From the NCBI GenBank assembly GCA_036172245.1, contig JAYWIR010000024.1:682001-746000 (forward strand): 64,000 nt of DNA, read 5' to 3'. Source of the DNA: Raillietiella orientalis. Its lineage: Eukaryota. The notes beneath the pieces were generated by a model, which worked only from the letters and a program-made list of their open reading frames with translations, had not been told where the DNA came from and made no database searches. Shown here one piece after another: positions 37,618-50,338 of the stretch (position 1 is its first letter; each line of letters begins with the position of its first letter). Made by a program: the position numbers and the translations under genes.

Positions 37618-39819
37618 TTTTTCTGTGATATCAGTATTACGGGAATATTCCATAATGAGATTAGTAATGTATGTATGTATGTATCGAATCGAAACATTAA
37701 TGGAAGGAACTGATATATTTTTGGAAATACAGAGCTTATTATTATTACCTTTGTGTCCATTTGGCGATAACAGCTTTAAATGTGTTTTTGTATGCAGATG
37801 ATTCCAATCACAGTTCACATCTGTCGCAAACTGCAATAAACGCACACGGTTGATGACACAAAAATAAATAAGATTGGTTCAAAGTTACATTTTGTCGGTA
37901 CATTTCGCGATGATTTGTATCTTCAAAATCGGAATGCCTAGGCTGACCACGAAAGTCGGCATTTTTATGTGTGGTCTTCACATTTGGACGTATTGGCTGG
38001 AAGATAATAGTACGGGTTTTCAGCATCGTGTCAACTAATCATTTAGTGCTTGGAGACACGTGGAAAAAGGGAATCACTTGTTCATACATTCTGCCCGTTA
38101 CATTTCATTGTGGTCGGCAATTTTGGTTCTATTTGTTTTGTTTTGTTTTTTTGTGGTGTGCGTAGAAAGCATGCGGCTTTATTTAGTAGCAGCAGTGCAG
38201 ACGCAATGAAACGAGGGAACCTATTTTTCTTCATTCACCTAAAGCACTCAAGCTAAATATTTGTATACAGCCACCTTCTCTTTCACGAAACGTCTGCAAC
38301 ACCTATGGGAAATCCATTGGAAGACAATAAATCAGCAAGAAACAACCCTTCGAATACAGCGAGCGTGATTTGCATCGTTGACAAAACTGCTGTCTTCTGC
38401 TCGAGTATGCAGCTATTATTAAAAGACTTCCCCTTAAGAAGTATCGTATATACAAAGCTCTTGACATTTGCCATCGATTGTCCTTTCAAATGCAATTTTC
38501 CAACAAGTCAAAGAAATAGTGTAAAATGGAGAAAACGAAAACAATTCCCAGATTGCACTCATCATTGCTGTTAGGGAATTCGGCTGGCACCTGCATTTCT
38601 TATGCTCGCTCCTGGTACGCCCAGTATCTGCAAATCACGAATACAACCGTCAGCGAATGTCCTGAGGGCAAAAAAGGATACAGAGTTTGGCATTTCAAAA
38701 CCCTCCATAGCTTTCATAGGAGATTGAGGCAATCTGATAATTGTAGTAAACTATGCTACAAGTTTTTTTTACAACAAAGAAAGGTTTTTACAAACCTTTT
38801 TTTTTTTTTTTGAGTAAATTGTAAATACTGGAGTCTTTTCACAAGCAAGTACCATGCAAGAATCGAGTCAGAATCCTTAATACAACTCATCTGATTCAAA
38901 TGCGGAAATGTCTCTTACGATCCACTAAACACAATCATAAATGCTCGATAATTGTGTTCAAGCGATCAAATCAACAAAATTGCATGATATTTTCGAGTAG
39001 AAATGAGATTTTTTAAATTGAAAATCATGAAAGGTTGTAAATAGCAATAAACTGAGATCATTCTGCAAAATGCACACTTTCTTTCCTAATATTTTTATTA
39101 CCATTTTTGTTTCGCGGTCTCAGATTAATGGACCTGAAAGTAAAAGGGTGTTTTCATTTTGAACCCAGGCATTTTACCTGCGCATTTTAATAGGTAACCT
39201 GGTATGTAGTCTGCATTATGGTTTCTTCTGAGAGGACCCAAAAATCTGCTCATAATCTAATACAAGATTTCGAATGTTTTATTGAATGTCTTCGACAGTG
39301 CCTTCACAATGGTTACTGTTATGCAAGTTATTTGTAGTCTCGTTCCTACTGAACGATGTTCTGAGTACTTTTTTTGCAACTTGCTCTGCAGAGCAAAAAA
39401 AGTTTGCACCTTTTTTTGTTCTGCAAAAAACGTTTGAAGAACAAAATATCTTTCTCAAAATGGGTTTAAGAAATCAACAAAAGAGCATAACATAATACTT
39501 CTCTCTAGGAATATTGGTTTTCACAGATTTTCTGAAGACACAATTCCAAACGACCCTCAGATTCCACCGATTTTCACAAGTATTGGATTCTTAACCTTTT
39601 CTCTCGTGATTACTTACAAGAATTTTTTAAACTAAGACTTCTCTTCTAAACTAACTCTCTCAATCTTGTGTAAAGTCACAGAATTTCTCATTTTCGATAA
39701 CAATGAAACATTGATATACTTATTTCCGCTGAAGGTCAAGCTTCGTGTGATCCTTCAAGACGAAATTTGTCTATTTCGTTGCATGGAAGATACGCTTTTT
39801 TAATGTATATCTATAAATA

Positions 39820-40375
39820 AATATATTTTATTGATTCACATCTGGATGCTTTTGAAGTTGAGGATAAGCAGACTGTGAGGACTTTGCTAGTATGGAGGAG
39901 AGTATGAATGTAGCCTGTGGTTTGATAGTATGCTAGCCTTAAATGGATTCTGTGAAGGATATGGGTTAGATAAGAAAACATGAATTCTGAAAGTTATTTA
40001 GTGAGAACAGATAGCAAGTGAGGATATGTGGATATCCAGCATGAGGATGAGCGAAGAAGGAATGTGCAGTTAGGGGATAGGTTATGCTTGTGATAGTTTA
40101 CTTACATTATATCTTATTCATTTTAGGAGGCACGGGAGTAATTATAAGCGGAAACTGGTAGGTGATGAAATGAGTATGGTAAGATGCGTTTCGTGAAGAG
40201 TTCCTTAAGGATATGTATGTTTGAGTCTATTTTTTTTGGAGAGGCTGTTTTATGAATGGTTTCGAAGAGAATCTGCACATTGGAAGATACCAGATGGACT
40301 GCATTTAGAATTTCGGAACTGGGAAGGGGTATAGTTAGTCCTGGTTTATTCAGTTTATTAGGTAATTCTGATAAT
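39820..40375 (-). mobile_element. 3' fragment of an L1-like LINE (A/C-rich sense strand)
   Basis: Minus strand gives KHNLSPNCTF...HILTC-like zf-RVT remnant and ends in AATAAA at about 39830. Confidence 0.45.
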
Positions 40376-40869
40376 CATAGTTGAACTTCGTATGCCTCAA
40401 ACGATTTCTCAAATTAAATTTCATCTTAATAGGCATATTTATGTTCAGTTAACCTATTTAAAAACTGAATCTAGGATGTAGAATTTTATTTAAATCAAAT
40501 TATCGCACTGTTTAGAATAAACGACAGATGCTAAAATTAGCCGTGGAATACTCGGTCATAATTAATTCTGATCCCGAATTTGAGCAAATTTTGCATCTGC
40601 TATGCACAGAAAAGCCAATGCTCAAAGATGCATATATCGGGTTACTTCACAGTATTATCCAAGTATTTTACAATATTACGTATTGACAAATTATTTGCAC
40701 AACGAAATGGATTTTTCTTCTCTTTCTGATGGAATCTGTTTTGTATTGGTGCACAAGAAAGCAATAGTGTTTCTTTTGGAGGAAACATTTTCTTAGTGTT
40801 TCTGCTGCTCGTTATCCCATTAGCTGATTTTTTACGAAAGCGCACTATTTCATACGACGATCCTATTTC

Positions 40870-41570
40870 ATATTCTTTAGATCTACCCGCGTCGGAGGGT
40901 GTGTGGTTACGGTGGTCTCCGTGCTTGGCACCATGCGTCGTGGGTTCCGAGTGCACTCCGCAAGATGACGATGTCTGGCCTCCATTCAACCGGGTGCGCC
41001 ACTGGTAGCGGTTGGAACCGGATGTCCCCGATGAGGGCCGGGACAAATGGGAGTCGACCTCCGGGTCCTTCCAGGAATTACAGTGTGGGAGCTCCCCTCC
41101 GGTTGTGAAGGAGCGGACCCCCCTCCCGGAGGGACCCCTCCGCATCGGACTGATGGTCACCACCACCTCTCCAGAGAGTGAAGAGAAGCGAGCCGATCCC
41201 TTCAGGGAAGCTGAGTCCTTCTGAATTTCGGAAGCGTCCCTTCTTCAGAGGAGTAAAAACAGGAGCGGATCCCTTGCGGGGGATCCCTCCGGAGAAGAAA
41301 TTCCAGGAGCAGATCCTTTCCGGGTTCCCTTCAGAGAAGAAAGAATGGAGCGGATACCCCCTGGGCGTCCTCCGGAGAGAATAAGGAAGGGATTCCCCTT
41401 CGGAGGCAACCAAGCTGGAGGTGATCTCCATTCCCGGGGATCCCTTACCAGGCGTGAGAGGAACGGACTCCGAGTCCTTCGTGGATTCATAGGGCGGACG
41501 CATCCCGGGGTACCTCCTATCTTGAAGAATTATTCATCCGCGGGTGGCATGGAACCGTGTCGAAGAACTG
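40870..41570 (+). other. GC-rich island with an exon-like, GC3-rich segment; product unidentified
   Basis: Abrupt GC rise in an AT-rich context. One frame reads PQDDDVWPPFNRVRHW*RLEPD...EGPLRIGLMVTTTSPE with G/C-ending codons and is followed by a GT...AG segment. Confidence 0.3.
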
Positions 41571-43899
41571 CGAAGACAGAAAAGAAGGATTTCCATCATC
41601 TATTTGTTTTGTGAAGGCGAGTTTTTCGCAATCTTAACAGAAAATCATTTAGTGTACTGTTTTTAAAAAAAATTAAAAAATTAAACTTGACTGACTATCG
41701 CATAGTATACATTCAAATTCCGATCGTGGGAAAATAGAACACGAGAAATTCCCATACTCTTGAAAGACATGCGAAAGTCTCGAAAAAAATTTTAGATCAC
41801 ACGAATGAGTACATGATTTGCATAAGTTTCACAGAAGACTGAGCATCGACGTCGGACATCATTCAACATCTTGAGACGCATTAATGACATCTCATTCATG
41901 TTTCTGAAGATTATCATGAGAAATACGGTAGTCTAGTCTGTGTAAGCCATGGATCATTTGTTATACAAATACCAGAAGGATCCATGTTTTACGGAGACTT
42001 GAACATCCTCTCTATTTCATTGAAGCTGTACTCAATAAAATACAAAAACATCGTACAGAATTTCTAAAAGTATGCGATTCAAGTTCATTTTTTTTTTTTT
42101 TCTTTAAATCAATCTTTCATTCAATAAATGAACTCAATAAATCATGCAAGTGAACAATCGGCTTCACTCAACATTCTCGAGAAACTTAAGGAACTTCATG
42201 AGAACTCAGCATCAGATACGCCTCAGCTAGTACAAAGTACAATTAAAGTGCGAGTGCAATTAAAGTGTTTTCTGGAAATTAACGTAAACACAACTTACGA
42301 ATCAGGAAATTAGGAGTTGTTGATACAGTTTTAGACATAGAATAGTTAACTGTATCTTACACCAGACGTAATAGTGCTGATAGCAAAACTTTATTAAAGA
42401 GAATTTTTAATAAAATTTCATTTTTCATAAAATTAGTCTTGGTAATTTCAGAGACTTCAGTAAATAGTTACTAGTCTCGAGTGTTGAAATAACGTCACCG
42501 TAACACATTACAGGCAAAGATAGTTATGGTTCCATTTATTCATGCATAAATTTTCAGTTCCAGCAAAGTCAGGGTCTAGAATGCCTTAGCATCAACCCTG
42601 TGCTCTATTGGAAGTATTCGTGTCCGGTTTCGTTTTCACCGGCAAATATGAATCGTTTTGCAGAGCAAAGCTTAGCTTGATGCCTAGGTGAGCTACTTGA
42701 TGTTCTCATATCTCGAATATAAAATTTTATTGAGTATCACGTTTTTTTTTCTCATGGAGTAATTCAACTGGGAATTTGATTATAATACCCATTTTTGTTA
42801 AAGTGGTCGTTTCACGCATGATTTATTTGAAGTCTCGAAAATTTGGTGGAATATTATTTCCCTATCCAATATGACATGCGAATTGATGATAGGTAATGGA
42901 TTGCTACATGTAATGCTAGTTTTCCATTCATAGTGATACACAAAGAGACGATGATAATTTAGGTCATAGGCGAATGTAACCAGATTGTGGTTGCAAAAGC
43001 ATACAAACTTAATTAGCAAATTGACTGCAGAAATGTGATACAGTATTAACTGATAACGGAGAAAGAATTTATTCTATAAACATTCCAGAGATTATTTCCA
43101 TTGAGGATTAGCAAGAAGCAACACTCTTATATTCTAATAACACCATCTCATCTAACCTTGTCAAAAGGAATGCTACAAACTAATAATCCGTACAAAGTTT
43201 CGTTATCTTAAAAATCTATGAGATAAAATATATAAAAAATGTCAAGTAGTTCAAAAAACTCAGTGATCACAAATGAAGGAAAGTCAAGCAGCTGGCCAAG
43301 AAAAAATTACTGAATGCAGGAATTATCACTATGCAGTTATAAGCTTATTCATAATAGGGTTTCATGTACTGATTGTTCTCCTTGGATATTTGAAGTAGAA
43401 GCAAGGGAATGACGCCTTTGGCCAAATCAGATGTTTTTCAGTCAATGCTATTCACAAGAAAAACAATCAATAAACACAAATATGTGGAAGCAAATAGAAT
43501 GCAAAAATATAACTCAAGATTAAGTAACTCAAGATTCTATCTTTGACATTGGCTGAGATTGGCTACTATTAATCAAGTTTGTTTGCTAAATATGGATTTA
43601 AAAAAAAGAAAGGTAAATTAGAAAGGGATTCAAGCTTGCCATCCTTTTGCTGTGCTGTGAATTTCTTATGCAAACACTGAAGTATTTGATTCAGAGAAAC
43701 CAAATGTGCATGATCACAAACAGTGCTGATAAGTGTTGAAAAATTCAAAGAATTGTTTTAACTTTTTTTTCCAGTTTTTCAAACTCCTAGTATAGAATAA
43801 ATTTGCTGGGATAAATAAAAAATTACTTTGATACTAAGAGTTAGCTGTGAAGATCAATAAGTTTTCTAGCTTCAAGTTCTTTACTCACTGTTTTGTAGG

Positions 43900-46800
43900 A
43901 TGGAAGACCCTAAAAGTGAAAATCATGATACAGAACTATCTCTTGAATTAATTAATGCTACCAGACAGCAGAAAGAATGGTATTACAAAGTAGCATATCT
44001 TCATCAACAGAAGGTAATGAAATTGCTACAGATGTGAATGAAATAAAAATCTTTTGCATCACACATGTTCAGGTTTCAGTATTCCTGGCAGTTATTCTGT
44101 TTTTGGCAATTTCTGCGCTGATCATATTGCTTCTTAAGAAATTCAGCAACAAAGGTAAGGAATCAGACAGCATCTTTAGCAGACTGACCAAACTGAATTT
44201 TACACCTCCATGGTACAAAGAGAAATGCTCTTCTATGCTCATTAAAGTGAATTAATGTAACAAGAATATATCTCCTAGAAAAATTCCACTTTAGGCACAA
44301 AAATTGCTCAATTTGCACTTTTCAAGTAGTAAGTCTCGATTGCTCATCATTTTCATTCCAAGGAAATGGGTTTCTTTATGGTGCATGGAGTTTATTGTTT
44401 TCTTGGGTTTCTTTAGAGGGCTTAGGAGAGTAGAGAATAGGAATCAAAAAACCTTATAATCTGAAACTTTTATCAAATTTTTAGGAAAATACTTGTTCAC
44501 TTTCCTGTGTTTGCATTTGTTTTTGTTTTTTTTTTTTTCAGTTAAACATTACAGCTGTATGCCCTTTTTTTTAAAAAAAAATTCTTATATTTGTACCATT
44601 TTTTTTTGTTAGCAAGTAATAAACCGAAATACAGAGGATGAAAAGCAGTTTTTTGTATGTGTGTCACGACTTAACGAATACATGATTAATAGAACAAAAT
44701 GCTCTACCTATTTCTCAAAAATAAAGGATCACATCCTTTATTTTTGATATATTGATACAGTTATTGTTTTTCATTGATTGGAATTTCAAAATGCAGTAAT
44801 CTTATAAGAACCTGTAATTTTATTGTCTGCTAAAAGAAAATTTCATTGAAAAAGTAAGTATTTCTTCAAGAAAACATTTTGCTACCGCATTGTTTTCTTT
44901 ATTTAAAATATTGTGGCTTAATGATTAGCAAAATTTTGCTTGTAAGTAATTTGTTTAAAGATACAACCATTCAGAACCAATAGGCAGATATGCAGACAGA
45001 ATAAATAAACACATTGATTTAGCATTTTGATATACAAAATATTTTTACAAAAGAACTAGATTTTAAAGCAAATAATAGTGAAAAACAGTAAGTATTGTTT
45101 GTGTTTTGTAGAGTCATGGATAGAAAGATTTAATTAGGAAGCAGTTATGAAAAAGGGATTTCTGTGGGTATTTGAGACAAAGGGATGAAAAGAAAAGTAC
45201 TAAAACTATCATTGTTTGCACATATTCTTTAGTCCTGCAACTAATGAAAAAAACTTTTTTTTGTATGTGTTACATAGTGTGCACATTTAAGATCAACCAT
45301 GGTATCTTTATCATAGTATCATAGATTTTCTTGCATGCCAGTTTTAGATCGACCAAATGGAAACTTTTCTTTTATTGTATTGTTTTCAAAATGTAGTGTG
45401 ATGCTAGTTGATATGTGGTTAGTGCATCTTATCAAAATTACAGGAATCAATCAGCACAACTTAATGTGTTTAGGTTCTTGGTTTACAACTAATGCTTGTG
45501 TGAGTTCACATTGCTTTGTTTCCTTATTCATTAGAGGTTTTACGTCAAGCATGCTTTACCTTTTCCATATATTCCTATTTATCATTTTCATATCTTTTCA
45601 TCCTTGATATCATAAACAACTTTCTAGGATTCACTCCTACTTCACCATTAACTGTAGACATTTTGTAGTGGATTCATAGGCATTTATAATATATAAAATG
45701 AAAAAAGAGTAAATGATTAATTTTTTTAGTGCAAGAAGTGAAATCTCTGGTTGGTGTGGGTAATGTAAAAAGGTTTCGCAGAAGAGATAAAGTAATGTTT
45801 TATGGCAGAAAAATGCTTCGAGAAGTAAGTCACATTCATCATTTAATGATACTCATTTAATGGCATTTATTATATAGGTTCGTTCCTTACGGGGTAGTTC
45901 TAGAGGAAGCAAAAGAAAGCTGATTCTTAAATTAGCCCAAAAAGTGTTGCAGTTGAAAACATCATCTCCTGTACAATTACAAGTGACAGAACCATCAGCT
46001 GAATATCTTGAGGTTCCACCTGAACCTGGAGATAATCGACTACCAGCCGAATTTGTGTACATGCTTAAGTCCATTCGTGTATTTGGTTACTTAGAACAAC
46101 CTTTATTTCTTGAGCTTTGTAAGCACTTGCGTACACTTAAGCTGTCTGCAGGAGACTTTTTATTTAAGGAAGGTATGTTTGTCAAAGAGTGAACAAAGTT
46201 TACATGTTTATTAGGCGATCCTGATAATAGCATTTATGTTGTGGAACGTGGTCAAGTTAATGTGTATACAACTGATCATGAAGATAAATTTCTTCTGAAA
46301 GAAGTTGTATCAGGAGAGAGTATCCTTTCCCTCATGAGTTTCACTGACGTTCTTACAGTAAGCTGTCTTCTTATTTGAAGTTCAGAACTTTTGTTAGGGA
46401 CATATTAAAACTTTCACCACAATGTCAGCACAGGCCAAAGAAAATAGTATTCTTCTGTGTTTACCAATCTCAGCATTTCAACAAGCTTGTCAGAATTTCC
46501 CAGAAACAATGGTGCGAATTCTCCAGATCGTCATGTATCGTTTGCATAGAGTCACATTTTGTGCTTTACATCAGTATCTTGGTTTGAGTTCAGAACTTTT
46601 GGATCCATTGGGGCATTCATCGTCAGCAGTTTATTTCCATAACAAAGCAGAAACGGAACCAACAGGGAATCCATGTACACAAACTGTTTTAACTCAAGAA
46701 CAATATTTGCAGTGTGCAATTGAGGGATTTACAAAGCACTTGGGTTTAAAAGACAGCAGTTTGCTTGTTGGACGTATTGAAATTCATGAGGTCAACTCAG

Positions 46801-49800
46801 GACAAGTACTCATTCATCAAGATCAAAAAAAGGTTAACACTTTTGATAGGCTGAATAGCATGTTAGAATAATGCTTTTAATAGAATATGGGGATTTATTA
46901 TGTTGTGGATGGAATGCTTATAGCAAGTATGCACTCGCAAGATGAAGAAGAGACTGTGCTTACCATCGGTGCTGGCCAGTGCATAGGAAGTCTTTCAGTG
47001 CTCAGCGGTGAACCTAGTTTTTTCACCATTCGTTGTGCAAGGGTGACAACCATATTGGGTTGGTTGGCAAAGGAAGCCTTTTGCTAGTGAGCAAGCAGCT
47101 GAGTATGTTGTGCATCCCTTTGTGAAAAATAGTGTTATGGCCCAGGAGCCTCATGTTGTGCAGTATGCTGCTGCAAGTGTTGTACAACGTATGTCACAGT
47201 TTGTTAGGCAGATTGACTTCGCCATGGAATGGATCTACATTGATACAGGGCGAGCATTATACAGGTCTGTAAAAAGGCAAGATATGTGAGCAAATTATGA
47301 GGATCTCACAGGCAAGATGACCATTCAGACTGCACATATGTAGTCTTAAGTGGAAGATTGAGGTCAGTGATTACTTATAGCAATGGCAAACGTGAATTAG
47401 TTGGTGAATATGGACGTGGGGATCTTGTAGGCATTGTAAGTAGAAAGATAGGAGCACTGTGCCTTTACCAGAAATTTAGGTAGAAGTGCTGACTCGTACA
47501 GCCCGTAGCACTACAGTGATGGCAATTCGTGATACCGAGCTAGCAAAGATACCAGAAGGTTTACTTAACTTTATCAAAATGCGCCATCCGATGGTGGTCA
47601 CCAAGCTGATTAAATTGATGGGTTATAGAATCTTGGGTAAGAGAAAATGAACTGTGGTTTATTTCTAAATTGGGTAGGAACTTATCGAAAGACTGAAGGA
47701 GCAAAGGTGCCACCAATTGATATGCGTCCTTGCCAAGCCAACTTGAGCAGTGTTGCAATTTTGCCAGGAAGTGACAATGTACCTTTGCAAGCTTTCAGTC
47801 TGGAACTCTATCATTCATTGACATCTATTGGTATTTCAGTATTACATTTCATTAGCAAGATAATCAATCTTTGCTTAAGGATCTTGTTTGATGTTGAACT
47901 CAAATGGCATTAGTCAGATGCTGGGTTCCCATATTCTTGAACCTATCAATGACTATAGGCTAACTAGTTGGCTGGGTCAACAAGAAGATCATCATCGTAT
48001 GATTTTATATGTTTGTGATAGCACTTTTACTCCCTGGACACACCGTTGTATTCGCCAAGCTGACTGTGTGCTTGTTGTGGCTTTAGCAGATGAGGAACCA
48101 TCTGTTGGAAAAGTCGGTTTGTACTTGATACATGTAGTATACTGCATTCTCTATTTGTAGATGGAACGTCGATTAGACAGTGTGGCTTTTCGCACCCAAA
48201 AGGAACTGGTATTACTCCATCAGCAACCTTATCAGAAGCCTCGCAATACTGCTTCATGGCTGAATATTCGCTCTTGGTGCTCTTCTCACCATCATATTCG
48301 TTGTCCTAGTCGTGTCTTTTCCCAAAAGTCTAAGACAAAATTAGTAATTGCAATATGGGCTGATGTGTACAAATTTATTTATTTTTTCTACAGGATGAAA
48401 TGTATGCCAAAATATTTCAATCAGCTGCAAATATTCATTCCGATTTTTCACGACTGGCACGTTTGTTAACAGGAACAGCAGTGGGTATTGTGTTAGGAGG
48501 GGGTGGGGCTCGAGGAGCTGCACATGTGGGTATGATCCGGGCCATACAAGTGAGCACAGCTTATGTTAGCATTTGTTATACATCAATTCAATTACAGGAG
48601 GCAAACATTCCTATTGATATGGTAGGTGGTGTTAGCATCGGTGCTTTTATTGGTGCCCTCTGGTGTCTGGAAGCAGATGTTCCCATAGTCACACAAAAAG
48701 CACGCGAATTTTTCAAGGCACGTAATCTAAAAATATGGAATCTTACTTTATTTGATAGGTGATGACACAATATTGGAAGCAAGTATGGGATCTTACCTAT
48801 CCCACTACCTCCTGGTTTTCTGGGAAAAACTTCAATAAAATGATCATGGCAAGCTTAGGAGAAGAAAACATTGAGGACTTATGGATCCGCTACTACACAG
48901 TTACAACAGATATCACAGACAGTTCTATGCGTATTCATACTCATGGTAATCCATCTGTTTATCCACAAACTACCTGCATTGGATGTTGCATATTAGAATG
49001 ACTGGCATGCTAATTGTGTTCTTGTAGGTCCTCTGTGGAAATACGTTAGAGCATCCATGAGCTTAGCAGGTTATATGCCTCCTCTGTGTGACCCTCAAGA
49101 TGGCCACCTACTATTAGATGGTGGTTATGTTAACAACCTTCCAGGTGAGTGCTAGTAATTTTCCTTATCATGTATCAGCTGTGAAGCTAATCAGCTTGTT
49201 GAAACTAGTAATGAAAACGTAAAAGAGGGCTTTTAGTTTCTTTAGTTAAATTAATGAGGTTTTCAGAATATAGCAGACACGAGATACTTAAATATTTCAA
49301 AGTGCAACTGTACATGCCTTTTGGCAGGATCACTATGGCCAGGTATCAGTCATCGTGATCTGACCAAAATGATAGAGGTTTGCCTCATTTAAATGATGCT
49401 ATTATCATTTATTGGCAGTTGTTTGTTACAGTAGACAATATGCCAGGTAACAGATCCCAATTGGCACACACTTGGATATAGAGGATGCACTAATTTAAGC
49501 TGCTTGTAATAAGCATTCTGACAACAGTGTACTTTTCAGCTGATGTAATGCATTCCATGGGACCCCAGGTTATTTTAGCAATTGATGTAGGTTCAAAGGA
49601 TGAAACTGATTTGACTAATTATGGAGACAGTTTATCTGGCTGGTGGTTGGTGTGGAAACGCTGGAACCCATTCACGGAACCTGTACATGTTCCTAGCTTA
49701 CCAGATATTCAGTCACGATTGGCATATGTGTCCTGTGTTCGGCAACTAGAAGTAAGTTCTTTTTTTTTTTTTGGCTTAAGCAGTGATTTTCAGGAAGTAA

Positions 49801-50299
49801 AAAACAGTGACTATTGTGAATACCTGCGTCCCCCTATTGATCGTTACAAAACTTTGCAGTTCTCAGCATTTGATGAAGTAAAAGTGAGTTGGGTTTTCTG
49901 CTATGGCACTCGGACTCCAGGATATTGGTTATGCATATGGTACTACGTATTTCCGTGGCATTGTGAAACGTGGTGATGTGCTGGAATTTTTGAAAGGGGC
50001 CTCATCACGTAATCATGCTAATGGGCATTTTGTTAGCACACCATGTGCATCATCTCTAGGAACAGTTCCTAGACCTTTCAGCTTAGTGCAAAAGCATGAA
50101 TTCATTGATTTGGCTCAGCTGATCTGCAAAATTGAACGTCCTCCAAATACAGTTTCCTTTGCACGTAAGTAGAAAAAAAGCAAATTTTAAGAAAGAAGCT
50201 TCAGATGAAGCTGCAGAAGAAAGTGATCATTTATCTGAGGATGAGCAGACTGTTGTTTCATGTTCAGGATTAAAAAAACGCAAATCCCATCAGCAATAA
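43900..50299 (+). CDS. sws: Neuropathy target esterase / swiss cheese (PNPLA6/7): N-terminal TM helix, three cNMP-binding domains, patatin domain
   Basis: [59 protein letters not shown] (GxSxG), [26 protein letters not shown]. About 19 introns, mostly 37-60 bp. Stop TAA at 50297-50299. The start exon is less certain. Confidence 0.96.
49328..49446 (+). pseudogene. Decayed duplicate (pseudo-exon) of the sws DGG-motif exon
   Basis: Flanked by ag and gt, 119 bp versus 117 bp for the functional exon 49028-49144, with matching start and end. Reads GSLW...LPHLND...[13 protein letters not shown] with frameshifts and a stop. Confidence 0.7.
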
Positions 50300-50338
50300 C
50301 CGTAAGAACTAAACATCAAAGAAATTGCTATTTCACAG

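Noticed and set aside
47086..47131. Apparent in-frame TAG in sws suggesting readthrough
   Set aside because: Explained by a GT-AG intron splitting a TA|T codon.
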